Below are positions 29,953-39,987 of a DNA stretch of 64,000 bases, in pieces. The first letter of the stretch is position 1; every line of letters begins with the position of its first letter. The translations under genes were made by a program, and so were the position numbers. Below the pieces are notes generated by a model. That model was given only the letters and a program-made list of their open reading frames with translations, was not told the origin of the DNA and did not search any database. Origin of the DNA: Fibrobacteria bacterium (lineage in GTDB: Bacteria > Fibrobacterota > Fibrobacteria > UBA11236); assembly GCA_043745805.1 (NCBI GenBank), contig JAYTSD010000006.1:64001-128000 (forward strand). Reading direction: 5' to 3'.

Positions 29953-30500
29953 TGAGTCGCTATCGCAGGGCTCGTCTCGATTTGGGCGAAGCGCTTTCCT
30001 TTGAAGATGTGCTCACGGTAATTACCGTATTATTGGTGTTACGTATGGTATTTATGGTGCCATTAGTGAATATTGACAAAGCGAAAACTGTGTCGGCTCG
30101 TCGCGACAGCTATTGGCCGCAAGAAGCCGGTTGGGTGCTTAGTCATCCCAAAGATTCCATCGAGATTCAGGCTTATCGCTCCGCTTTTGATTTAGATGGA
30201 CGCACGGTAAAGATTTCCAAAGAAATTAATAATGGACGAGAGGATATTTACCTAGAAGCTGTTAGCCCCGATAGTAGTTTGTTTATTCTCAAACAATATC
30301 CAACGACTTCACAGTTTATCGCGATGAATGTGCAAGGGCCAGGTCACGCCTTAAGTTTCCGTCGTGGCAAATTATTGTGGAGTGAGGTAGAAAAGGAATG
30401 GTTTGTCGCTGCCGATAGCATTGATTATGGCAATCATGCGCCGAGTAAAGCGATGGAAAATGAATTTCGCGCTTGGACAAAGAAACATCGGGGTTACTAA
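29952..30500 (+). CDS. ExbD/TolR/MotB-like single-TM partner
   Basis: Basic N-terminus, then LSFEDVLTVITVLLVL with Asp19 at the TM start; translationally coupled (TAATG) to the channel gene. Confidence 0.6.
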   Translation: MSRYRRARLDLGEALSFEDVLTVITVLLVLRMVFMVPLVNIDKAKTVSARRDSYWPQEAGWVLSHPKDSIEIQAYRSAFDLDGRTVKISKEINNGREDIYLEAVSPDSSLFILKQYPTTSQFIAMNVQGPGHALSFRRGKLLWSEVEKEWFVAADSIDYGNHAPSKAMENEFRAWTKKHRGY

Positions 30501-30510
30501 GGTGCGAGGC

Positions 30511-32916
30511 GTGAAAAAACATTTACTTAATCCCATGCATCGATTTATTGCTTTTAGCTTATTTATGCTAAATGTTTTTTGTTCCCTGAGTAGTGCAAAA
30601 AATGGCAATGAACCTTTAAATCATTTTGGATTAGCTGCCTTAACCGATGAGACTATTGCGGGACGTATTACGACACGTTTCAAAGCGCATGGCAAGCCGA
30701 TATTTATGATTCAAGACCTTAATGTGGGTTTGAGTCAAGGGGATATTATGCGCTTTCAAGACAAGGCTGTGTTAATTGATGCCGATGTATGGCAAACTTT
30801 ACAAGATGAAAATGCTTTACAGCATTTGAATCCTGCGCCCTTGCTGCGCGTGCAAGCGAAGGCCAGTGGAGTGGCTTGGGAAAATCGCGCCAAAATGGTA
30901 AGTTCACCGCGCGAAAAAAAAGCTTATTTATTGGGTTCAGAATTAATAAAAATTTTGGAAGACAATTTTGGCGGCGCTCCCGCACGAGAACAAATGGTCA
31001 TGACTTTTGATGGCCCTAATTTAGTGCTCATGGCGCCGGTTGAGTTTTATGATCAATTACGTTATACGCCGGTTAAACGCATTCCTTCTTCGGGCACGCC
31101 AAATTTTATTTCCCTTCCTCCCCAAGGCGCTTTTGTCGATCAAGATTTTTACTGGCAAGCTTGGGCGATAGATCCCACTGAGCCGGCAGGTAACTTGCGA
31201 TATACTATAACCGGAGAGTTACCTAAGGGCCTAGTGTGGGACGCTTCCTCTCATTCCTTAAGAGGAAAACCCTCGGTGGAAGGTCGTTTCAAATTAGTGG
31301 TTGAAGTGCGAAACAAAGGAAATGCCAATGATACACAAGGCATAATCATTGCGATACAAAATAATCATGCCCCATATTTAGCCCAAAGCCCAAAGGCTCT
31401 GGCGGTGGTGGGACAAAAGTGGTTTTATCATGCTGATGCGGTGGATAGAGATCATGCCGGTGAAACCATAAAAATACTCACACAACCTTTACCACCAGGC
31501 ATGGAATACGATTCCATTGCTCGAATTTTTACTTGGATACCGGCAGATACCTTAAGCGGCAAAGAATTTCCCTTTGCCTTGAGATTAATGGATCCTTTGA
31601 ATGCGCATACTGATCAACGCTTTACTTTAAAAGTTATTCCTGCCAAGGACTTGGCCTATACCAAAGATATTCACATCAATATTCCTTGGGATACCTTACA
31701 AGAAGGCCATAGTTATACTTGGGAAGCCGGAACTTCGGCAGCGGCTTGGTCGGAACAGGGGATAAGTCTTGTACAAGTTACAGGTGATGATAGTACCGAT
31801 TATACTGAAGGGACGGTGCATTTAAAGCCCATGCAAAGCGGTCAAATGAAATTGCAATTTCACTTTGAAGTATTGGGACAACCCTTATTGCAAGCTTTGA
31901 CTATTCCAGTAAAAAGAAATTTATCGCCTTATTTTGCAAGTACTTTAGGCGTCGGTGAATTTTTAACCGATCAAACGGCCATGTATAGGCCTGTGGCGGT
32001 AGATCCGGAAAATGATCCCATTACTTTAAATGTAAGACTTCCTGAAAATAGCCCTCTGTTTTGGAATGGCGTGGATTTGGAATTATATACCAAAAAGCCC
32101 GGTCTATATGCCGCTGAATTTTCCGCTATTGATAATCAAGGACATGGAGCAAGGCAGGCTATTGTTTATCGCGTGAATGCACGAGAAAGAAAAACGGCAT
32201 GGGCTTTGGAAAATCGACTGCAAGCCGGTTTAAGCACTTGGACTTTAAGTGCTGATTTTGGAACTGGTCGATTGGGCTTATTCACTCCCGATTTATCGCA
32301 TGTCGTATCTTGGTCGAATTGGAAGAATCAAGAATGGCCTTATATATTTTTTGGAGGAAATCTATTAGGTTCGGAAGCCGAGAAAAAAGGCAATCGTTTA
32401 TGGATGGACTTAGGATTTACGCTGAGAGTACCGAATGGAAAAATTGCAACTGGTGGTTTATACGGGCGATTCTTAGGCGAATGGACTTTTCCTGGCAAGC
32501 TGCTCACTAAAGTGGAAAGTGAATTACAAGGTTTTGTTCATCAAGGTTTATTACTCGTAGATTCCTCAGGTGTGCATTTAACGTTTGGCTCGGGAATATT
32601 GGAATTTGGCGACAAATATGGTCCGCTCATCGATCAAATTTTACGCGATGCGACCGCGCCTAAAAATGCCGTATTCTTTACGCGTATTGAAGGATGGTGT
32701 TGGTTGGGATCGGGCTTTTGGGCAGGTCCTGGACTGTGGCGCGAAGACTTTCCTATGGCACGTCGTTTCGATGAAAGAGTGGGTGGTGGCTTACGCTTTC
32801 AAGGGAAGGCCGACAAAGCTTTGGCCTCCAATAGTTTCCGTGTAGGATGGGGTCCGGCAGGTGCGGGTTGGTCCATGTATTGGTCGGCGCGCATTTCTTT
32901 GAACTCGCCTTTTTAA
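30511..32916 (+). CDS. Large exported protein with He_PIG/cadherin-like Ig repeats and a barrel-like C-terminus
   Basis: Signal peptide; repeats LPKGLVWD..LRGKP, LPPGMEYD..FTWIP and AVDPENDPI; amphipathic strands ending WSARISLNSPF. Start is GTG 30511 or ATG 30535. Confidence 0.65.
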   Translation: MKKHLLNPMHRFIAFSLFMLNVFCSLSSAKNGNEPLNHFGLAALTDETIAGRITTRFKAHGKPIFMIQDLNVGLSQGDIMRFQDKAVLIDADVWQTLQDENALQHLNPAPLLRVQAKASGVAWENRAKMVSSPREKKAYLLGSELIKILEDNFGGAPAREQMVMTFDGPNLVLMAPVEFYDQLRYTPVKRIPSSGTPNFISLPPQGAFVDQDFYWQAWAIDPTEPAGNLRYTITGELPKGLVWDASSHSLRGKPSVEGRFKLVVEVRNKGNANDTQGIIIAIQNNHAPYLAQSPKALAVVGQKWFYHADAVDRDHAGETIKILTQPLPPGMEYDSIARIFTWIPADTLSGKEFPFALRLMDPLNAHTDQRFTLKVIPAKDLAYTKDIHINIPWDTLQEGHSYTWEAGTSAAAWSEQGISLVQVTGDDSTDYTEGTVHLKPMQSGQMKLQFHFEVLGQPLLQALTIPVKRNLSPYFASTLGVGEFLTDQTAMYRPVAVDPENDPITLNVRLPENSPLFWNGVDLELYTKKPGLYAAEFSAIDNQGHGARQAIVYRVNARERKTAWALENRLQAGLSTWTLSADFGTGRLGLFTPDLSHVVSWSNWKNQEWPYIFFGGNLLGSEAEKKGNRLWMDLGFTLRVPNGKIATGGLYGRFLGEWTFPGKLLTKVESELQGFVHQGLLLVDSSGVHLTFGSGILEFGDKYGPLIDQILRDATAPKNAVFFTRIEGWCWLGSGFWAGPGLWREDFPMARRFDERVGGGLRFQGKADKALASNSFRVGWGPAGAGWSMYWSARISLNSPF

Positions 32917-32928
32917 AGCTTAGAGGCG

Positions 32929-34287
32929 TTAATCTACCTTAGCTTCTAATTGCATAGAGATACCATTTTTTTTGAGCATATCGTAAAGCGTGGGGCGCGT
33001 AAGTCCTGAGACCTTTGCAGCTAAGCTGATATTGCCTTTACTTTGGCGCAAAGCATTGAGTAAAAATTTACGATCGAACATTTCTCGCGCTTCTTTATAC
33101 GACATGGTACGGAAGGATGTTTCCGATAATTGCAAATCTTCGGATTCAATAACTTGATTAACACAAGTAATAGCAGCGCGATTTAATTTGTTTTCGAGTT
33201 CACGTACATTTCCGGGCCAAGTATAATTTTGAATTTGTTGTTCGGCGCGGCGACTGAGACGCAATTTACTTTTGTTGAATTTAATGCGATTGGTTTCCAA
33301 AATTCTTTTGGCAATTAATAACACATCGCCGGAACGTTCACGTAAGGGAGGTAAATGAATTTCAAATTCACTGAGACGATAGTACAAATCCGTACGCATA
33401 GACGTATTGTCTTTTTCCGATAAATTCAATTTATTAGTAGCGGCAATGATACGTACATCTAAAGGACGAAAGAGCGTATCGCCCACTCTTTGTAATTTTT
33501 TGTCTTGTAAGAAGCGTAATAGTTTTACTTGCAAATTCAGTGGCATATCGCCAATTTCATCTAAAAACAAGGTGCCTTTATGGGAGGATTCAATCAATCC
33601 GATTTTATCATTATTCGCGCCGGTAAATGCACCGCGCACATAACCAAATAGTTCACTTTCCATAAGGCTTTCGGGAATGGAACCGCAATTAATGGGTACA
33701 AAAATTTCATTGCGTCGTAGACTATGATAATGTATAGCACGCGCACACAATTCTTTGCCCGTTCCACTTTCACCCGTTAACAAAACCGACACATCCGTAG
33801 GCGCTAATTTTTGAATATGATCAAAAATAATTTTCATGGGATCGGAATTACCGATCATTAAATAATCCTTATTCCCGACGGGACCCTGCACGGGTGTTGT
33901 CGTTTCCGGAGGACGCTCCAAGGCATTTAAACGAGCCGCACGGCCTAAAACAACTTTGAGTTCCTCAATATCAATAGGTTTTTGCAAATAGTCAAAAGCG
34001 CCTCTATCCACCGCTTGATGACCTAAGGACAAATTGGTATTAGAAGTGATAATTACAATTTTTGCTTGTCGACTTTCCGTTAAAATTGCATCGATGATTT
34101 CTAATCCGCGGTCGGGTTTATTTTCTAGGCCTAAATCGAGGCAGAGTAACAAAATTTGTTCGCGCCGCAGAGTGCGCATGCAACTGTCTAAACTATCGGC
34201 TTCAAAAATTTCATAGTCGCTATTTAATGCCCATTTCATTTGCTCCCGCAAGCCGACATTGTCTTCAACAAGTAATAATTTTCTCAT
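32929..34287 (-). CDS. prsR: sigma54-dependent response regulator, PrsR (PEP-CTERM box) type
   Basis: Receiver LDLGL; GESGTGKE, GAFTGA, WPGNVRELEN; Fis HTH ending RPTLYDML; adjacent to a PrsK-like kinase. Confidence 0.75.
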   Translation of the reverse strand: MRKLLLVEDNVGLREQMKWALNSDYEIFEADSLDSCMRTLRREQILLLCLDLGLENKPDRGLEIIDAILTESRQAKIVIITSNTNLSLGHQAVDRGAFDYLQKPIDIEELKVVLGRAARLNALERPPETTTPVQGPVGNKDYLMIGNSDPMKIIFDHIQKLAPTDVSVLLTGESGTGKELCARAIHYHSLRRNEIFVPINCGSIPESLMESELFGYVRGAFTGANNDKIGLIESSHKGTLFLDEIGDMPLNLQVKLLRFLQDKKLQRVGDTLFRPLDVRIIAATNKLNLSEKDNTSMRTDLYYRLSEFEIHLPPLRERSGDVLLIAKRILETNRIKFNKSKLRLSRRAEQQIQNYTWPGNVRELENKLNRAAITCVNQVIESEDLQLSETSFRTMSYKEAREMFDRKFLLNALRQSKGNISLAAKVSGLTRPTLYDMLKKNGISMQLEAKVD

Positions 34288-36464
34288 GGTAGAATGGCCT
34301 TTAACTGCTCTGGCTTTTGACTAAAAAGTAAAATAATAAAGGTGGTTCCCTTATTTAATTCGGATTGACATAAAAGTCGTCCGCCCATTTTTTCAATTAA
34401 GGTTTTGCTTTGATATAAACCAATGCCTACCCCTTTTTCTTTAGTTGTGGCAAAGGGTTGAAAAAGTTTTTCGCGGACAAAATTAGCATCCATACCTCCA
34501 CCATTATCCTGCACTAAAATATAAGCATCGAAGGTGGAAAAAAATTGATCAGCTCCTCCAAAGATGGTTTTTAATTGTGGGCGCGTAAGGGCATCGAGTG
34601 GTCCATAGTTGATATGTAATTCCCCTTTGTATTGCATGGCATCGAGAGCATTTTGGAATAAATTTTTTATAACAAAAAATAAGGCTTGCCTATCCATCAG
34701 GGCCTGCACGGAATTTTTAGCAGAAAATGCTAATTGCAATTCAGGAATTTCTTTGACACTTGAGCTATTGATCACGTCTTCTAAAAGATTTTGCAGAGGA
34801 AAAGAGGTTAAAATTAAATCCTCAGATTTAGGGGCCATGGAAAATTTATCAATTAAAATTTGTAAACTGGTGGCGCAACTTTTAATGGACATGAGCATGC
34901 TGATTTGAAAGGAAGGATTGTTTATATTGCGCTCGGCATTTTTAACTAATAGTGAAAGCGTAGCGATTTGGTTTTTAATATCATGAATAATAAATGAAGC
35001 TACATGCAAAAAAGATTCAAATTGTTTTTGCTCGATACGTTCTTTTAATACTCGATTTTTAAATAAAGCGTCGCCGATAGAACTGGTAAAGACCGCAATT
35101 AAAGTTAAGTCTTCGCTATCGAAGGATATTTTACGACCTCCCTTTGAGGCTAATAGACCTACTAATAAATCATCGTGGAAAATAGGGAATAAAGCGTCGA
35201 CGCCTAAAGTTTTTAAAAGACGATCATGGCGTATTTTTTCGGTTGCCTCGGTGCGGAAAGAATCAACATGAAAAAAATCTAAGGGCTGGGGATTTTTTCT
35301 AAAAAATTCAACGACTAAGCTATCTCCCGATAAAACCACATCATGTAAAGAATCTGCTTCTTTATTTTCATGCAAATAAAAATTTCCATCTTGCCAATTT
35401 AAAATGAAAAAATACGCATCATCTACTGTTACCGAATATTTCATATTTTCCACAAGTTCAGTTAAAGCCCCATCTACATTGGCTTCCGACATCATAGTTT
35501 TATGCAATCGAAAAAACTGCTCTTGATAATCATATTTGCGAGAATAGAATTGTTCATTTACAAAGCGAATAATATGGCGACGCATAGTTCCGGAACCTAT
35601 GCCGAGTAGAGAAAAAAAACAAACAGAAAAAATGATCAAGGAATTTTCGAAATAATTGAAATCGATTTGTAGCCAGCGAAATAATGCAGCAGTAATGGCC
35701 ACACCCAAAAAAATGGCTCCAGTAAGTAACATGGTTGCGGAAGTATATACCGTGTTGCGAGGAATAGAAATGCGCTCTGATCCTAAGCGATAACGCAATA
35801 GCCCTAATAAGAAAACGGGATAACAAATGCCTTGAATTATCGCAGTAACTTCAATGAAACGTGGATATAGACTAGTATAGAGCAGGCTTCCTGCGAATAA
35901 GAAATTATGTGCTATGGCCATACAGGCGAGTGAAGAAAAACATAGCCGCGCAATTTTACGCTGATAGGGCTGAGCAAAATGATATAGTGTTTCGAGGCGA
36001 TACAGTAAGTAAATACCTAATAGTAGTAGCGTCGTGGGAACGAATAATCCAAAACTGTGAAAATAAAAACGATAAACTCCTTCATGCTCGGCTAAGGCAA
36101 ATTGACGAGGTAAAAATGATATTATGGCAGCGAGTAATGCCAACAACTGTAAAAATGTAAGGGCTGAAAAAACCGGTTTATGACTTTTCTCGCCCCCGAA
36201 AAAATTACGTAATACTTGTAATAATCCAGCATAAATGCAGCACTGCAAAACTAAGAAAATTCGAAAGCAAAAATATTGCGAAGAAAAAGAAGTGCTGGAA
36301 AGATAAGCTTTATCCACCCATAACTGAGCGCTTAAAACAATACCTAAAAACAATAGTAAGCGTCTTTGCCTACCGGTCGAAGACTTGATTTGAACTAAAT
36401 ATGCCAAGCTCATATTGAGTATGGTGATTAGACTAATAAAAAGGGTAAACGTTATCAAAGCCAT
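34284..36464 (-). CDS. prsK: Multi-TM sensor histidine kinase, PrsK type
   Basis: About 9 TMs, FYSRKYDY, GAF-like region, H-box FIIHDIKN, NALDAM, DNGGGM and GVGIGLYQ. Confidence 0.78.
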   Translation of the reverse strand: MALITFTLFISLITILNMSLAYLVQIKSSTGRQRRLLLFLGIVLSAQLWVDKAYLSSTSFSSQYFCFRIFLVLQCCIYAGLLQVLRNFFGGEKSHKPVFSALTFLQLLALLAAIISFLPRQFALAEHEGVYRFYFHSFGLFVPTTLLLLGIYLLYRLETLYHFAQPYQRKIARLCFSSLACMAIAHNFLFAGSLLYTSLYPRFIEVTAIIQGICYPVFLLGLLRYRLGSERISIPRNTVYTSATMLLTGAIFLGVAITAALFRWLQIDFNYFENSLIIFSVCFFSLLGIGSGTMRRHIIRFVNEQFYSRKYDYQEQFFRLHKTMMSEANVDGALTELVENMKYSVTVDDAYFFILNWQDGNFYLHENKEADSLHDVVLSGDSLVVEFFRKNPQPLDFFHVDSFRTEATEKIRHDRLLKTLGVDALFPIFHDDLLVGLLASKGGRKISFDSEDLTLIAVFTSSIGDALFKNRVLKERIEQKQFESFLHVASFIIHDIKNQIATLSLLVKNAERNINNPSFQISMLMSIKSCATSLQILIDKFSMAPKSEDLILTSFPLQNLLEDVINSSSVKEIPELQLAFSAKNSVQALMDRQALFFVIKNLFQNALDAMQYKGELHINYGPLDALTRPQLKTIFGGADQFFSTFDAYILVQDNGGGMDANFVREKLFQPFATTKEKGVGIGLYQSKTLIEKMGGRLLCQSELNKGTTFIILLFSQKPEQLKAILP

Positions 36465-36522
36465 TCTTTCTAATCAAAAGGAGGATAACTGTTACGGCAA
36501 TATAAAAACAACATGCCGGGTA

Positions 36523-38931
36523 TTAAGGCTTAGGTTGAACCTGATAATAATAAGAATATTTTTTGTAACGATTTGGTTCAAATGGAGAGGTTTGCACGCA
36601 ATTTAAAATACTGGCTATTTTAATGTCTCTTTCGCGCATGATACTCAATCCTTCGCGCGCTTCTGAAACGGAGGTGTGACCGGAACGGCAAACATATACC
36701 ACGCCATCAGCTACTTCGATTAAAGCAAAAGGCTCAGGCGTAATCATCACGGGTGGGGTATCTAAAATCACCACATCAAATTGTTCGCGACACATTTTTA
36801 CAAAGGCTTTAAACTTGGTGGAGCTTACTAATTCACCGGCATTCGGATTAGAGGCTTTGCGAGCAACAATAACGAGATCTTTTTGAACAGTAGTTTGGAA
36901 TAGTAATGTTGAGGCCTCTAAGAATTGATTTTCATTCAATTCCGATTGACTGAGTAATTCGTCAATTCCAGTATGCACATTTAAGGCAAAGATGCGATGA
37001 ATGCGGCCTAAGCGAAAATCGGCATCGATCAATAATGTTTTTTTCCCTTTGCGAGCAAAGGCCATCGCTAAGTTACTCGCGCAAGTGGATTTTCCATCGT
37101 GAGGTTGCGTGGACGTTACAATCAGGCAGAGTTTATCGGGATCCTCGGGATTACGGAAAAAATTTTCACATTCTTCACGAATCAATCTAAAAGACTCCAC
37201 ATCTTCTAAGCTATTTGCTTTACCATAAAACAATAATAGCGGATCCACTTCACCAGTTAAGCGACGGTATCCGCGGGCCGTTTTGCGCTCTCCTACTGAA
37301 CCCAAAGGCTTGAGATCAAGGAATTTTTTCAAATCATTTTTTGACCAAATTTTTTGGAAAAGTAATTGCGACAAAGCAAAAAAAGCAAGCACTACAAAAA
37401 ATAGAATCCCAACTGATGCGCCAGCTATAATTATTCTGTTTTTGAAAGAGGGGGATTCGTAAAAAGCAGGTCTAGCTTCATCAACAATCGTAACTTTAAA
37501 AAACTCGGATCCCGTGGTTAATTTTGCACGACTATAACTGGCTTGTAATTTGTCATATATATCTTGATTGTTTTTGTTTGCGGTATTTAAACGATCGAGC
37601 TCAAGCTCAACCTTCACTGAAGGGCGAAAGGTTCGGCCAGAAGAAGCTGTGCTGGCCTTCACGGAGGCATCCACTTCTTTTTGCGACATGGATCGCAATA
37701 AGGAGTTGTAGGTTAGTTGAATATCGGCGTAAATGGATTCTCTTTGCTTTTGTATTTCAGTGATTTTGGGATGGGTAGGACCTAATGACGCTTTAAATTC
37801 ATTTTCTTTTCTATCGAGTCCCGCAAGCGAAGCGCGCATGATACCTGCTTTAGATTCTCCTGCTTCCACCATAGCGCCAAGCATTTCTTGTGCCCAAAAG
37901 CCTTTGTCTTCACCGCTGCTATTTGGCATTGCCGCCATAATATTCTGTAATTTTTGTTGTGCCGATTTTATGCGGTCGCGTTCGCCGCGTAATTCCAAGT
38001 AAGCTAGGTTATCGCCTGTTGAGGGTGTTTCACCACGATGCAAAAGTTCTGGATGAAGGCTATAGAATTGGCTAAGCTCATCTTGACTTTTGTCGAGTTT
38101 ACTTTTTGCAACATCTAAATCTTTTTCCATCTGTGCAAGAATGCTTACATCTTGAACTTCGGTAGTTCCATAATAAATTTGCAAGAAATCTTCGCGCAAT
38201 TGATTCAAAATATCGGCAACCATCCAAGGGTCACTGTCTTTGTAACTCACTAAATAATTATCCTCACCTAAAGCTTTCACCATGAGATTTTTTTTCATAT
38301 TCTCAATCAAGCGGTTAGACTCTCGCATTACCAATTCCAATTTAAAATTGCGTGCGGTATTCAAAAAACTTTCTGTGAATTCGAGTTTTAAATCTTTAAG
38401 CTCTAAAATATTATTGGCATGGATGGGCCCTTTGAAGAGACGGTAACCCTTGTTCTGTCCAGGGGGTGCGAAAATGACTTCTACGTTGCGATAATTATCG
38501 AAATTAAGGGTATAGACTCCACGACTGAGGTTTTCCCCGTAGGAGATGTTTTTAAAAGTTTGTTTGCGAAAAACATCTGTGGTATTGATACGTATAAGCA
38601 ACCCTAATTTTTTAGCCGTTGATTCGAGTACTTGATAACTCCCAAAAATACTGATGATACTCGAACTTTTATTGATAGCAATATCGCGCATCATATTTGT
38701 TTGCGCACCCACCACATTGGGAAAACGTAAAATGGTTTGTGCAGTATAACTTTTGGGTAAATTAAAAAGCGATAAGAGTACACCTGTAGGAATAGCGACA
38801 ATTAACCAGGTGATTAAAAAAGTTATTCGCCTTAACCATAGCACATGGAAAATGGTAGAAAGGCCATACATTTTTCCGGCTGTGGGTGTTTCAAAATCAT
38901 CGGATGGGAAAGAGGAGCGATTAGCCTTCAT
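36523..38931 (-). CDS. Polysaccharide co-polymerase / BY-kinase (Wzc-like)
   Basis: Two TMs around a coiled-coil region; Walker A STQPHDGKST, IDADFR, ILDTPP; C-terminal Tyr cluster YKKYSYYY. Confidence 0.9.
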   Translation of the reverse strand: MKANRSSFPSDDFETPTAGKMYGLSTIFHVLWLRRITFLITWLIVAIPTGVLLSLFNLPKSYTAQTILRFPNVVGAQTNMMRDIAINKSSSIISIFGSYQVLESTAKKLGLLIRINTTDVFRKQTFKNISYGENLSRGVYTLNFDNYRNVEVIFAPPGQNKGYRLFKGPIHANNILELKDLKLEFTESFLNTARNFKLELVMRESNRLIENMKKNLMVKALGEDNYLVSYKDSDPWMVADILNQLREDFLQIYYGTTEVQDVSILAQMEKDLDVAKSKLDKSQDELSQFYSLHPELLHRGETPSTGDNLAYLELRGERDRIKSAQQKLQNIMAAMPNSSGEDKGFWAQEMLGAMVEAGESKAGIMRASLAGLDRKENEFKASLGPTHPKITEIQKQRESIYADIQLTYNSLLRSMSQKEVDASVKASTASSGRTFRPSVKVELELDRLNTANKNNQDIYDKLQASYSRAKLTTGSEFFKVTIVDEARPAFYESPSFKNRIIIAGASVGILFFVVLAFFALSQLLFQKIWSKNDLKKFLDLKPLGSVGERKTARGYRRLTGEVDPLLLFYGKANSLEDVESFRLIREECENFFRNPEDPDKLCLIVTSTQPHDGKSTCASNLAMAFARKGKKTLLIDADFRLGRIHRIFALNVHTGIDELLSQSELNENQFLEASTLLFQTTVQKDLVIVARKASNPNAGELVSSTKFKAFVKMCREQFDVVILDTPPVMITPEPFALIEVADGVVYVCRSGHTSVSEAREGLSIMRERDIKIASILNCVQTSPFEPNRYKKYSYYYQVQPKP

Positions 38932-39099
38932 TAATTCTCGACATAAAGTTTAATTCAAAAGAGTTTAACCTTTTGTGGGTAAGATGGGAAGGATTCTTCA
39001 TAGGAGCAAAATACTTTTTACTAAAGGAAGACGCAATGCTTACTCAATGTTTAGTTGGATTTCCCAAAATTTAATAGGAGTAAGTTACTTTTATCTTAA

Positions 39100-39987
39100 A
39101 TGCTCAATAAAGTTAAAGCCGTTAATTGGCCATCGCATCGAAACCTCATGATATCTCTCATTATTTTTACCGGATTATTTGTTGTGAATTATTGGTCCAC
39201 CTTGGGCTGGATGATTGCACGTTGGGATGAAGAGGGTTCCTATTCTTCCCATGGCTGGTTAATTCCATTCGTAACCCTTTACTTAATTTATTCCCAACCA
39301 CAAAAAATTTCGAGCACACTCGATCCTACGCTATGGCAAACAGCCATGGCTTGTGGATTAATTGTCATGGCTTTATTATTTCATTTGGTGGCAGGCCTTG
39401 CTGATGTATCCTCGCTTTCAGGTTTTTCCATGATCCCTTTATTGGCCGGATTTATGGCTTTACATTGGGGTTGGGCATGGTTGCGTAAGCATTTTTTTGC
39501 AATAGGGTTTTTGATTTTTATGATCCCTCCACCGGAATTTATTATCAGTGGTTTGAATTTCAAATTAAAACTTTGGGCTGCGGATTTAGCCGCAGGCATG
39601 ATGAATGCAACGGGACTTCCCGCTATTCGTGAAGGTTCATTCATGCTTTTCGGAGAAGAAAAATTGGCCATTGGCGATGTGTGCTCTGGATTGCGCAGCC
39701 TCATTGCCCTATTAGCCATAGGCGTTTTATTTGCTTGGTTGATGCGTTATAAGGGAAAGAGCCTTACTGCTTTATTAGTATTGGCTTTGATTCCAGCGGC
39801 GGTTTTTGGCAATGGTTTACGTATCGGTTTAGTGTCGTATTTGGTTTATGGGCTGGGTGGCAAGGTAGTATTTAAACCTTTGTTTTTTGGGGTGGATTTG
39901 CATTTACTCACAGGCTTTTTCATTTTTGCGGGAGCCTTAGGATTTTTATATACCCTTACTTGGCTGCATGGATTGATTCGCAAATGA
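39100..39987 (+). CDS. Exosortase (EpsH family)
   Basis: YSSHGWLIP; catalytic-type Cys (VCSGLRSL), Arg (NGLRI) and His (LHLLTG); about 8 TMs. Confidence 0.9.
   Translation: MLNKVKAVNWPSHRNLMISLIIFTGLFVVNYWSTLGWMIARWDEEGSYSSHGWLIPFVTLYLIYSQPQKISSTLDPTLWQTAMACGLIVMALLFHLVAGLADVSSLSGFSMIPLLAGFMALHWGWAWLRKHFFAIGFLIFMIPPPEFIISGLNFKLKLWAADLAAGMMNATGLPAIREGSFMLFGEEKLAIGDVCSGLRSLIALLAIGVLFAWLMRYKGKSLTALLVLALIPAAVFGNGLRIGLVSYLVYGLGGKVVFKPLFFGVDLHLLTGFFIFAGALGFLYTLTWLHGLIRK

Noticed and set aside
28876-30500. Zorya ZorAB or flagellar MotAB
   Set aside because: The partner lacks a visible OmpA-like peptidoglycan-binding domain, and there are no zorC/D/E or flagellar genes. A distant relationship is not excluded.
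30403-30510. Longer N-terminus for the Ig-repeat protein as given in the ORF track
   Set aside because: Would overlap the upstream gene by about 100 nt; GTG 30511 has a GAGG RBS and gives a normal signal peptide.
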